This document shows, one piece after another, positions 23,199 to 35,058 of a DNA stretch of 64,000 bases. Under the pieces are notes generated by a model, which saw nothing but the letters and a program-made list of their open reading frames with translations, made no database searches and was not told the origin of the DNA. Made by a program: the position numbers and the translations under genes. Source of the DNA: Octopus sinensis. Its lineage: Eukaryota. The stretch spans positions 35,960,001 through 36,024,000 of the forward strand of contig NC_043010.1 in assembly GCF_006345805.1 (NCBI RefSeq), given 5' to 3'. Position 1 is the first letter of the stretch. Each line of letters begins with the position of its first letter.

Positions 23199-24250
23199 TG
23201 AGAGGGGAGAGAGAGAGAGTTGAAGATAGAATTTGAGGGATAGGAAGAGTGAAAGTCAGAGGTAGGTAGAGGGAGGATGGAGAGAGAATGTGTGAGAGTG
23301 TGTGCGTGTGAAAGAGGGAGAAGGGAGAGGAGAGAGAGAGAGAGAGAGAGTTGAAGATAGAATTTGAGGGATAGGAAGAGTGAAAGCCAGAGGTAGAGAG
23401 AGGGAGGATAGAGAGACAGTGTGAGAGAGCCTGTGTGAAAGAGGGAGAAGAGAGAGAGAGAGAGTCGAAGATAGAAGATAGAATTTGAGGGATAGGAAGA
23501 GTGAAAGTCAGAGGGAGAGAGAGAGAGAGAGAGAGAAGGAGAGAGTGTGTGTGTGTGTGTAAGATAGTTTGAAGGATAGAAAGAGTAACAGTTAGAGGTA
23601 GAGAGAGAGAGAGAGAGAAAATGAAAGACAATGAGAAAGGGAGATTAAAAGAAATAGAGAGACAGAAGGAAAGGTAGATAAGGGTGAAAACAAAAAGGAA
23701 AGTGAGACAGAGGGAGAGGGAGGGAGAGAGAGTGAAAGAGACAGAAGTAAGGTGAGAGAGAGAATGAAAGAGATAAAGAGAGGGAGAGAAATAATGAGAG
23801 GTAGAGAAAGAGGGGGTATAGAAAGTATATAGATGGGGGAGAGAGACAGATAGAGGGGAGGGGAGATAGTAAGAGAGAAAGGGGAACAGAAAGAGTGAAA
23901 GACAGATACTGATGAGAGAGAAAGGATTCCAAAACAATATATAAGAATATCTACATTTATAGCTTAACAAATGGCTGTGTGTGCGTGTGTGTGTGTGTGT
24001 GTGCAAGAGAGAGTATGTAAAGGGGGAGAGAGTGTGAGACAGAGAGTGTGTATGTGTGAGTGTGGGTGTGTGTGTGTGCAAGAGCGAATGAGTGTATGTG
24101 TGAAAGGGAGAGAGAGAGTGTATGTCCGAGAGAGAAAGTGAGTGAGTGAGTGAGTGTGTGTGTGTGTGTGTGTGTGTTGTGTGTGTGCTATTACAAATGT
24201 ACAAGTATTGCGTGGTGGTGGTGGTGATGGTGAAGACTAAAAACACAAGC
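22960..24250. repeat. GA/GT microsatellite field with repeated 47-bp core
   Basis: Core gttgaagatagaatttgagggataggaagagtgaaagtcagaggtag at about 23014, 23219, 23350, 23464. Confidence 0.85.
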
Positions 24251-24659
24251 AACTTGATTTAAGAAATGGGTTTTGTGGAGATTAGTGAGGAGGAGGAGGA
24301 GGCAGAGCAGGAGGAGGACATATTTACCATTCCCTCACCCTTCCACCCTTCCTTCCCTGCCATCCTCACTGCTGCACACTTTCCTCACTCTCACTCTCTC
24401 TCTCTGCTCCTCACCATTCTCTTCCCTGATCCTACTGCCCTCTCCTAAAGAACTAAAAGCACACTTGTTTCTACTTCTCACCCACTTGGTGCTCAAGACC
24501 ACACACACACATGCACACACACACACACACACACATGCACGCACATTTTATTTGAATTGTAAGCATATGTGTGGCTGTGTGGTTAAAGAGTTCGTTTCCT
24601 AACCGCATGGTTTTAGGTTCAGTCTCACTGTATGTCACCTTAACAAGTGTCTTCGGATC

Positions 24660-24962
24660 TTTACTTTTCATGTAAAAAGCACCATCCGCTCGTGGCCGTT
24701 GCCAGCCTCGCCTGGCCCCTGTGCCAGTGGCACGTAAAAAGCACCATCGGATCGTGGCCGTTTGCCAGCCTCGTCTGGCACGTAAGAAGCACCCATGACA
24801 CTCACGGAGTGATTGGCATTAGGAAGAGCATCCAGCTGTAGAAACATTGCCAGATCAAACTGGGCCTGGTGTAGCCTTCTGGCTTCCCAGACCCTAGTTG
24901 AACCATCCAACTCATGCTAGCATGGAAAGCAGATGCTAAATGATGATGATGATGATGATGAT
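24660..24962 (+). mobile_element. RTE LINE 3' UTR with (GAT)n tail
   Basis: Matches 50950-51327, including the aggaagggcatccagc stem motif. Confidence 0.85.
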
Positions 24963-25574
24963 TTAAAAAATAATTTTTTGTAACTCAACACTTTCAAACT
25001 TCGGACACTGGTAGAATGTGTCATATAAAACATCTTTTACTCTTAGCGTTTTTGAGAAAAGCTTATATTTACGAAGTTATTTCACATTAAAGTTGTCGTA
25101 TTTTGGTAATTTCAACCAATCAATGACGTGTTTTCAGCTGAATAAAATTACTGCTATTGTTTATCAACAAGAACTTCCAGCAGTGTATATTTCGTTTGTC
25201 ACTGTTATTTACGACAACCCTAACCCTAAAACCCTACTAAGCCCCCACCCTAGGCCAACCAAAGCATTGTGAGTGGATTTGATAGACAGAAACTGGAATG
25301 CCAATTTTTCCATGCATGCATGAGTCAAACGGAATTTGTTGATGCAGATTCTTTTTTACAGCTGCCTGTCTTTCATGCTACTGGGTTTTACAGAAAATCA
25401 CTAAATCATCCATAACTTTTGTATTATCCTCTCAAATTACACCAAAATCTCGACAATAACAAATAATATCGTATTTATTGTCTGTGAAAATTATAGAATA
25501 TAAAACAACTTTGATAAAAAGTTATACCTACTTTTCTGACGAAAACAATGCCATTCTGAACATTTTGGCTGCAA

Positions 25575-25612
<38 letters not shown>

Positions 25613-25643
25613 ATCTCAGAGCGAGTTATAAACAGTAGCTATA

Positions 25644-25977
25644 ACACATCGTGACGTATATTTGCCATTTAAATATGGCTAACCCCTAAGGGTGGATGCT
25701 ACTGTAGTTTGTAGCCCCAGGAGGACACCTCCTCCAGCTGGCTATAGACACACTTTCTGTGCCCTATCAGTATTTGCAAAGGGATTCATCCTTCCCGTCT
25801 TCAACTTATGATACACACGGACTCGAGTTTCTGAGTATTGACCCGTCATCGGCGTGTGACAATCACAGTTGTTGATGAGAAGTAGATTCCCTTCACAAAT
25901 ACTTATACCTTTTTCCAAGTAGAATCCACCCTTAGGGGTTAGCCATATTTAAATGGCAAATATATGTCACGATGTGT
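25644..25977. mobile_element. Penelope-like pLTR remnant: 54-bp inverted repeat enclosing a hammerhead motif
   Basis: Arms 25644-25697 and 25924-25977 with 1 mismatch; the PLE assignment is inferred from the hammerhead plus inverted-repeat layout. Confidence 0.6.
25814..25858 (-). ncRNA. Minimal type-I hammerhead motif (U4C)
   Basis: CACACG-CCGATGA-CGGGT caat ACTCA-GAAA-CTCGAG-TC|CGTGTG: perfect 6-bp stem I, palindromic stem III, GUC site. Confidence 0.7.
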
Positions 25978-26289
25978 ATATATATTTTTTTATATATAAA
26001 ATTAATCAAAGGGCATACTTATTTTGTGTAGCTGCGGGAAATAACAGTCAAAGCCCTTATTTAAATTGCCAAAATACACTGAAAATAACTACAGGAATCA
26101 ACCATCCGAAGGCAAATGGACAAAGACAATCTTCCAACGTACATTTAAGTATTTGGACTCACATGGACTGGTTTTTGCACTGGCAAAAATAGCCTCCGTT
26201 TTCTCAGCACATGTTACCATGATAGAGACTCCCAACACGTCGTGTTGAAGTCTGCACTATGACTGATTTGTTTTACGCCAATATGTATC

Positions 26290-26615
26290 TGTCTTTTGTT
26301 TGCTTTAGTCACTGGATTGCAACAATACTGGGGCACCAGCTTGAAGGGTTTTAGTCAAATGAATCAACTCCAGTACTTACGTTTTAAGGGCTGGCACTCA
26401 TTCTATCAGTCTCTTTTACCAAACCACTAAGTTACAGGGACATAAACAAACCAAAATATATACGAAAGGCTTCTTTCAGTTTCCATCTACCAAATCCATT
26501 CACAAGGCTTTGGTTGGCTCTACGCTATAGTAGAAAACACTTACCAAGGCACTACGCAGGAGGACTGAACCCAGAACCATGTGTTGAGAAATAAACTTAT
26601 TACAACACAGCCACA
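26290..26615 (-). mobile_element. SINE family A, degenerate
   Basis: Reverse complement of the family A sequence. Confidence 0.7.
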
Positions 26616-27269
26616 CCTACTTACAAATATATGTAACTACACACACATACATGCATATCCTCATACATGTACACACACACACACACACACACACTTGCCT
26701 TTAGAAAGAGTTTTTGAGAAGTTAGTAGAGAAATTGAAAGGTGTTCGTTTTAGAAGCAACCTCTTCACTTTTCTTATCTCTCTCCCTCTCTCTCACTCAT
26801 TACTGTCTCTCTAAATACTCACTCCTCAAAACTCTCCCTCTCTCTCTGACCACTCATTCTTCACCACATCCTCTCTCACACACTCCACTCTAACCACTCA
26901 ATTATTACTACTACTACTACTACTACTGCTATTACTACTCATTCTCTCTCTCTAGTGATTCATGATATGATACTAATTTCTGACATTGGTACAAGGCTAT
27001 GGCGGGTTGTGGAGTCTTACAATATTAAGAACTTTAAAATGACTTTTGAAATACTTGGTCTATTTTCTTCTTTTCTATTTAAATAAAAGAAAATAAAAAC
27101 AGCACTTAACTATGCTTCCTCCTTCACTATCCTCCCTCTTTTATATATGCATGTATGTTTATTTGTAATATTATATTATATAGCCACATATATCTGTGTA
27201 TGTATATCCATATGTATATCATATTATATAAGCATATAGATATCTGCATATGTATATCTGTATGTGTAT

Positions 27270-28640
27270 TATATCATCATCATCATCGTTTAATGCCCAC
27301 CGTCCATGCTGGCATGGGTTGGACGGTTTGACAGGAGCCGGCCAGGCAGAAGCCTGCATCAGACTTCTGTGTCTGTTTTAGCAGGATTTTTACAGTTGGA
27401 TACCCTTCCTAACACCAACCACCCATCAGAATGGACTGAGTGCTTTTTACGTGGCACAAGCACAGGTGAGGTTTTTTTTTGGCAAGGTTTTTACAGCTGG
27501 ATGCCCTTCCAAATGCCAACCACTTTATAGTGTAGACTAGATGCTTTTTAAGAGGTACCTGCACTGACAGGGTCACCAAGCAACCTGCAAAACAAAAATC
27601 TTTTGAGAAGGGAGGGAGCATTGGAGGGGGTGATCTGTGATCTTGTGTCAGATGATGAAAGGTTATAGAGAGACAGAGAGACAGAAACAGGTGTCTTGCT
27701 GTAGAGGAGGTACAAGGTTACCCAGCTAGAGAGAGAGAGAAGGAATGAGGACAGAAACAGATGTGCTGCTGCAAAGGAGATACATGGTTACCCAACAAGT
27801 GAGAAGTGCAGGGGAAGGAGAGAGATAGTGGGAGACATCAGGATGGAGATGGTGGCAAAGTGCCAGGCTTACTCACAAGGGACAGGGATTAGACTATAAA
27901 TGGGATGGTCAAGTAAAGGCAGAGAGATATATATAGATAGTACCAGGTTCAAAGGTCATAATATAAATGGCAGGATATTGCCAAAGAGTAGAGAGTGGAA
28001 AGGGGAAGTGAGTAGTGAAAACCTGGGTATATAGAGGTGGGGGAGGCTACCGTTAAGCAATGTTACAGAGAAACAGCGCCCCCCCCCCCCCGTGAGGACA
28101 GGAGTGAGAGGTAGGTATAGTATATGAAGGAGGAAATGTGAAGAAGAGATGTAGGGATGTAGATTGGTTTGTTGGGGTAGGGTGTGTGAAAGGTTTTCTG
28201 GTTACACGTGAGTGGAACACACAGATTGGGGTCTAGCAGATAGCAATGATACAGTGAGACAGGGCCAAGAGGACAGGATTGGAGAGTGGGAGGTAAACAT
28301 AGTACATGAAGTGGAAATGTGAGGAAGAGATGAGAGGTTTGTTGTGGTAGGATGTAATAGAAGTTTTCTAGTTATGTGTGGGTGGGACACATTGCACTTC
28401 TAGAACTGTTTCAATGATGTGGGAGGGTCTTCTCAAGAACCTCGTATCACCAGACATCTCGGTCCAGTCATTTCCTCCATGAGGCCCATCATCTTCCCTT
28501 TTCTGCAAGTACCATTCACTTTCAGTGATTGGCACTTCTTTATGCAGCTGTCCACATTCATACGCATCACATGTCCAAACCAACGTAGTCTTCTCTCTTG
28601 CATGCTACATTTGATTCCAATTATGCCCAACATTTCTCTA
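27270..28640 (-). mobile_element. Decayed RTE 3' end (ORF C-terminus 28395-28640, long UTR, (GAT)n tail)
   Basis: QERRLRWFGHVMRM...KKC..L.V.G; UTR motifs shared with 50800-51327. Confidence 0.7.
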
Positions 28641-28642
28641 TA

Positions 28643-29058
28643 TATTCTTTTACTTGTTTCAGTCATTTGACTGAAGCCATGCTGGAGCACCACCTTTAGT
28701 CGAGCAAATCGACCCCAGGACTTATTCTTTGTAAGCCTAGTACTTATTCTATTGGTCTCTTTCGCCGAACCACTAAGTTACGGGGACGTAAAAACACCAG
28801 CATCGGTTGTCAAGCGATGTTGGGGGAACAAACACAGACACACACACATATATATATATTATATATATATATATATATGTATATGCAAATATATGACGGG
28901 CTTCTTTCAGTTTCCGTCTACCAAATCCATTCACAAGGCTTTGGTTGGCCCGAGGCTATAGTAGAAGACACTTGCCCAAGGTGCCATGCAGTGGGACTGA
29001 ACCTGGAACCATGTGGTTCATAAGCAAGCTACTTACCACACAGCCACTCCCACGCCTA
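28643..29058 (-). mobile_element. SINE family A, full length
   Basis: Reverse complement of the family A sequence. Confidence 0.9.
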
Positions 29059-29071
29059 TATATATATGTAT

Positions 29072-29350
29072 ATATTCTGTTGTGTCTGGGGAGAGTCATT
29101 TCTTTTTGTGCTTTATAATTTAACACACTCACCAGTAAAACTGCCACTTATTTCTTATTTTTATTTTCTTAAAATTTTCATTGCGTCTTACTATCTATTC
29201 AATAGTCTTGACTCTTGAAGACTATTGAAAAGGTTGCAAGACGCAACGAAAAGTTTAGGAAAATAAGAAATAAGTGGAAATTTTACCAGTGAGTGTGTTA
29301 AATTATAAGGCACAAAAAGAAAATTACTCTCCCCAGACACAACAGAATAT
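29072..29350. mobile_element. Palindromic MITE-like element (~135-bp imperfect arms)
   Basis: atattctgttgtgtctggggagagt ... actctccccagacacaacagaatat; 8-nt loop at 29210-29217. Confidence 0.7.
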
Positions 29351-29423
29351 GCTTCAACACACGAACTCGCATAAAAAATCTTGCAAACCAAAGCCCAAAA
29401 CGAAATGTATGTATGTATGTATG

Positions 29424-29492
<69 letters not shown>

Positions 29493-30045
29493 CTGTATGT
29501 ATATTATCTTATATGTAGGCATGTATGTACACACACACACACCAACACCACCACCAAGTCTCCATCATTTCTGATAAGTTATAAAAGGACCGAATGTCTT
29601 AAAGGAGCTGCCATTAATTCACTCTCTACTACACACTCTTCTCTTTTAAACTACGTTCATCCTCTGCATCCCACCCATCCACCCCACTCTCTAAAAAAAA
29701 AAAAGAACCAGGATCCTTCACTTCTGATAAGATATAAAGAACCAATGTCTTCAGGAACAAAAGTGTTTATTCTTGTTCTTGTTGTTGTAGTTCTATTGCC
29801 CCCACCCCAACCAGTCATCCCTGATTAAACAGACCTCTTCTTATTGGTTTGTTTCACAGTTTCACATCGGGGGGGGGGGAATCTTGCATCACAAATTCAT
29901 AAATATATTCTTATTATCTTTTGATGTATTCAGACATTGAACACTCACCCCCATGACATTGCTGTGTCTCTGCCTTCATGAGCATAGGCTTCAGAACAAG
30001 GGGCATAGGGAGTGCAAATGCACACCAAATCTGAGATGTTACAAC

Positions 30046-30420
30046 AGGCACAGGAGAGGCTGTGTGGTAAGTAGCTTGCTTACGAACCACATGGTTCCAG
30101 GTTCAGTCCCACTGTGTGGCACCTTGGGCAAGTGTCTTCTACTATAGCCTCGTGAGTGGATTTGGTAGACGGAAACTAAAAGAAGCCTGTCGTATATGTG
30201 TATGTGTTTGTGCCTGTGCTTGTCCCCCCAACATTACTTGACAACTGATGCTGATGTGTTTACGTCCCCGTAACTTAGCGGTTCGGCAAAAGAGACTGAT
30301 AGAATAAGTACTATGCTTACAAAGAATAAGTCCTGGAGGCGATTTGCTCGAATAAAAGGTGGTGCTCTAGCATGGCCACAGTCAAATGACTGAAACAAGT
30401 AAAAGAGAGAAAGAAAAAGA
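30046..30420 (+). mobile_element. SINE family A
   Basis: Head, body with short deletion, tail. Confidence 0.85.
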
Positions 30421-30560
30421 GACAGGGGAAGGCATGAAACAAGAAAAGTAGCCATCATATCAATAATTATGGTCCTTCCTGCCTTAAAGGGGGCATATAG
30501 AAGGCTGTTAAATAAGTAAATATATAAATAACTGGGTGACCTTCCTCCTTTGTATTTAGC

Positions 30561-30869
30561 ATGTCTATGGGCCATTTCAGAGATGTGTCAAGTAATATGA
30601 TATATTTCATATTTTTAAAACTGACACTCCCCTCATCAAGATGTTTTTACAAAATGCAAAAAAAACAAATACAGAAATACAATTATACAATTACATACCA
30701 GCCTCTTGAGAAAATTAAGACATTGCGCTTACCCCCTTTATAGTTATCTAATATTACCTCATTAGCATATAATCAGAATACCATGGTAAGGGCATGCTAA
30801 GGGGTGTGTCAGTTTTAAAAATATGAAATATATATCATATTACTTGGCATGTCTCAAACGGTCCGTAGA
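30561..30869. mobile_element. Inverted repeat (~70-bp arms) carrying a degenerate hammerhead; Penelope-like remnant
   Basis: Arms 30564-30633 and 30800-30869; minus strand AACATC-TTGATGA-stem II-GAAA-TGGCCCA-TA|GAC. Confidence 0.5.
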
Positions 30870-31094
30870 TGGAATTTTTTAATTTTTGTAATATTTTCAT
30901 GGTATTTTAGTACGTCCTTTTAATGTCTTATCATCTCAAATTTTATCATCTCAATTGTAACTTTTAAATCTAAAATTCACTGTGTTTTATGTATCAGATT
31001 GATATTTATCTATTTATATGTATTTTTATATTTATATATTTGGAATTTTTATATCAGTTTTATAAATGTAGAAGAATATATATATATATATATA

Positions 31095-31383
31095 TATACA
31101 ATATGTTACATTACTCGGTAGTCAAGATAAAACTCTGAGTTTCAGATGCCGAAGTGGAAATCCACAACACCATCTCATCGGTTATCTGGCTATTTGAAAC
31201 CATCTGGCTAGTTTTCAAATAGCCAGATAACCGATGAGATGGTGTTGTGGATTTCCACTTCGGCATCTGAAACTCAGAGTTTTATCTTGACTACCGAGTA
31301 ATGTAACATATTGTATAGATAAATTTCCTCTATTTACATAATATTGAGGTCTCTTTCTTTCTTTTGTTATCTTACCGTTTTAT

Positions 31384-31390
<7 letters not shown>
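31095..31390. mobile_element. Perfect palindrome (105-bp arms, 13-nt loop) with hammerhead; Penelope-like remnant
   Basis: Arms 31095-31199 and 31213-31317 are exact reverse complements; the flank 31318-31390 matches 43420-43490. Confidence 0.75.
31220..31293 (+). ncRNA. Type-I hammerhead motif (U4C); mirror copy on - strand at 31119-31192
   Basis: TAGCCAGATAA-CCGATGA-GATG..GTGG attt CCAC..CATC-T-GAAA-CT cag AG-TT|TTATCT t GACTA. Confidence 0.65.
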
Positions 31391-31442
<52 letters not shown>

Positions 31443-31639
31443 ATTTTGTGTGTGGTTATTAATTATGTTCCTCTAGTTTCTGCTTGCATTACCTCCATTC
31501 AGATTATTAAACGGAATATAGCTCATTTGGAGCACTACAACTCCAGCCTGTATTTTATTTGCGAGTATTGTTAATATTGGCAATCTCAAAATAAAGCAGT
31601 GTATTTTATATATATAATATATATATATATATATACCTC

Positions 31640-31829
31640 ATTCTCTTTTACTTGTTTCAGTCATTTGACTGCGACCATGCTGTAGCACTGGCTTTTGTTG
31701 AGCAAATCGACCCCAGGACTTATTCTTTATAAGCCTAGTACTTATTCTATCGGTCTCTTTTGCCAAACCACTAAGTTACGGGGACATAAACACACCAGCA
31801 TCGGTTGTCAAACGATGTTGGGGGAACAA

Positions 31830-31866
<37 letters not shown>

Positions 31867-31915
31867 CGACAGGCTTCTTTCAGTTTCTCTCTGCCAAATC
31901 TACTCACAAGACTTT
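31640..31915 (-). mobile_element. SINE family A, head truncated
   Basis: Reverse complement of the family A sequence. Confidence 0.8.
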
Positions 31916-31952
31916 GTCATATTTAAATATGACTTAATTTTCCTCTCACACT

Positions 31953-32004
31953 GTCTCTGATGAAGGGATATTATTAATTAATATCCTAGAAACTGCTGTA
32001 AGAC
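31953..32004 (+). ncRNA. Minimal type-I hammerhead motif, intact core
   Basis: GTCT-CTGATGA-A-GGGATATTA ttaat TAATATCCT-A-GAAA-C tgct G-TA|AGAC. Confidence 0.65.
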
Positions 32005-32207
32005 CTTTTATCTATAAATGCTCTAATATCTATACAGCCTTGGTTTTTTAGCTTATTACGCAAAAACTCTTATATACACACGCTGACATAAAACCAACGT
32101 TGAACCCTTTATTCGCATTATTACCAAATCTGGAACTTAACTATGATCTGTAAATAGCACTTATTCAGCATTACCTGACACTTCTGGGTCTCAATGACAC
32201 CATTATC

Positions 32208-32256
<49 letters not shown>

Positions 32257-32907
32257 ATATTATATATATATATATATATGTATACACATATATATATTTG
32301 TGTGTGGAGAGAGAAAGAATTATTGCTTACTTGTTACATTAAACTTGTGTATAATAAAATTATAATTAATGTTTTTCAAGATGCTCAAACACTAGTATGG
32401 TTTGCTTTTATTTAGTTTTTTAAACCTAAAACTATATTTTTTTTTAAATCACAGCACATTTAGACACTCCTTGTAACACACCAGTTGCACAGTGTTCCAC
32501 AGTGTTACAGTGTGTCACACTGCACTGTTCAACAAACACAAAATGCAGTGCTTTTCTCCAGACCAAAACTATTTCATTTCTTGCAAAACCTGAATATCAA
32601 AGTCAGAGGACAAAGGTCTCAACTGACCAAATTTAGTGGCAGTGATTATGGTGAAGATACACTCCTTTGATATTTTTTAAATACATAGACAACAAAAACA
32701 AAAAAAAAAAACAAGACCTAAGGTTGAAAACAGATAAGGCAAACTGTGTGTGTGTGTGCGTGTGTGTGTGTGTGTTGTGTGTTGTGTGCGTGTGCATGTG
32801 TGTGTGCGTTGTTAGACCTTTTACCTTACCACTTCTCATTCCTTCTCTTTCCTTCTATAGCAGCCCATTTACTTCACATCATATTTCTCTCTTTCTCCAC
32901 ATGTGTT

Positions 32908-32991
<84 letters not shown>

Positions 32992-33589
32992 CGCGTATGT
33001 GTGTATACATTTACACAGACAAGAACATACAGAAACATACTCACACATTCCTTTGCTGATTTCATAAATGGGACTGCAACCATAATGGAATATCATGTTC
33101 AAGATCGTTAGCTGATTGCATCAACCCAGATATTACTTCAGTCTGGAACTTATTTTATCAATATCTATTCATCAAATGGCAAGGTTACACTTTCTTCACA
33201 CAACAGACACACACATACATATACAATGGGCTTTTTTTCAGTTTCCATCTACCAAATCTACTCGTAAGGGTTTGGTTGGTCAGGGTCCATCATAGAAAAC
33301 TTTTACCCAGAGTGCTATGTTGTGGAACAAAACCCAAAACTTCTTCACCACGCAGCCAATAAGAGGCTGCTATGTAATCAGACAACATGCTAAATAGTGT
33401 TGCCAATATCTCATTCATTCACATTAAATTGGATCTTAAAAACAAAAAAGAAAACCTAAAGGACATATTATATAATGTAGTCTTAGGTACCCTATGCCTG
33501 AATAAAAAAAAAAGCAGGATCATTATAACTAAGAAACCTTTGACCATAGGTCAGCAGAAAGACCTCTAAGTACTAGGAAACCTGTTCTT

Positions 33590-33830
33590 CAAACCTGGTT
33601 GGTTTCATGTCATCTCAGTATAGACCCCTTTCTCCTGAACTCACTCACCACACCTCTTGTTGCTCATATTGTGTTTAACCACCCTACCCTATGTTCTACA
33701 CCAACCACTATATTGAATCTTTCTTCTTCAGAACATCATCCCTCTGGAATACCCAACCCGCCCATAGTTTTTCCAACAAGTTGCCTACGACTTCTGGTTG
33801 TTCAAGAATATTGAGCTCACTAATGTTGAA
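33590..33830 (+). mobile_element. Decayed CR1/L2-group LINE 3' fragment
   Basis: TNHYIESFFFRTSSLWN resembles the conserved SFFPRT..LWN.LP C-terminal motif. Confidence 0.55.
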
Positions 33831-35058
33831 CAGTGGGGAACACAGGCAGAGTTCTTTTCTTCCAGAGAAGACCTATTTAATTTTTTTTTTAATGCTTGAA
33901 TGCAGGGATGGTGGGTAGGTAGGGAGAGGGTAAGTGTGGGTGGTATCAAATGTCTCAAGTGACCAAACTGCAGGAGCAGTGGTGCTAGTGAAAGGGCATT
34001 CTTTTGAAATATTTCTGTATAGATAACAGCAACATCTGAGGCTGAAAATAGATAAGGTGTATGAGTAGGAGGGGTATATTAGTCCTTCTCTCCTCCTCCT
34101 TATATCTCTCACTCTTTCTCTATCTTTCCCTCTCTCTCTTTCTGTCTTTCCTTCTATTGCATCCTTTCTACTTCTCACTGTACTTCCCTTTCTCTCCACA
34201 TATGTAAGACGAGGTGCTGAAAAGTTCTTGGCTTTAAGGAGTATTTAACCCTTAGGGGACAACAGGGCTGAGCTATTGGCCAAAAAGTCAAATGACAAAG
34301 AAGAATGTATTAGTTCATTCAACTTCCTACAAGAATATATATAGTTTTATATATGTAAAGTAATTACTTAATTTTTTTTATAATTCTTTTATTTTTTTAT
34401 TAAGTCTATGCCCTCTGTAGGGCTTGTGAAAAGGGCCCCAACATCTTGGCAATGAATCTCCAAATAAGGCTCCATCCCCAAAGGGTTAAACAAAACACAA
34501 AAGACATTAAGTATGTCACCTCAATAATGTTTATATTATTAGAGTTGCTTCTAACTCAAATTTCTATTTTTGGGCAGCACCTTTGCACATTATCTACCAA
34601 ATCCACTCATAAGGGTTTGGTTGGTCAGGGTCCATCATAGAAAACATTTACCCAGGGTGCTCTGTTGTGGAACAAAACCCAAAACCATGTAATTGGAAAG
34701 CAAACTTCTTCACCACACAACCATCATAAAAAACATTTACTGAAGGTACTATGCTGTGGGACTGAACCCAAAACAACATAATTAATTAATTAATCAATGA
34801 ATGAATTAATTAAAAAGCACCAAAAGTTTTTCAGCAATTTCCTGTTTCAAAAGCAGAACACTAAATTATTTAAGAGTTTGCTGAAAAGGGAGAAGTTACA
34901 ACTGACAATCAGTGAGGTCACTTCAAACTAACTCCCCCACCATCATGTACCTTAACACTGGAGGCCTAACCAAGGAGAGTAAGGGAGAGCATTGGGATCA
35001 TGCTCTCTATGGTTTACCCAACTGTATTACACTACTATATGTGATAGTTATTTAAGCA

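Noticed and set aside
21777-24252. Long ORFs of 323 and 806 aa
   Set aside because: Translations of GATA/GACA and GA/GT microsatellites that lack stops by composition.
25216-25236. Interstitial telomeric repeat (ccctaa)
   Set aside because: Only 2-3 imperfect units at the end of a dispersed repeat.
26085-26125. Integrase-like HPKANGQ peptide
   Set aside because: Isolated short match with no surrounding DDE motifs.
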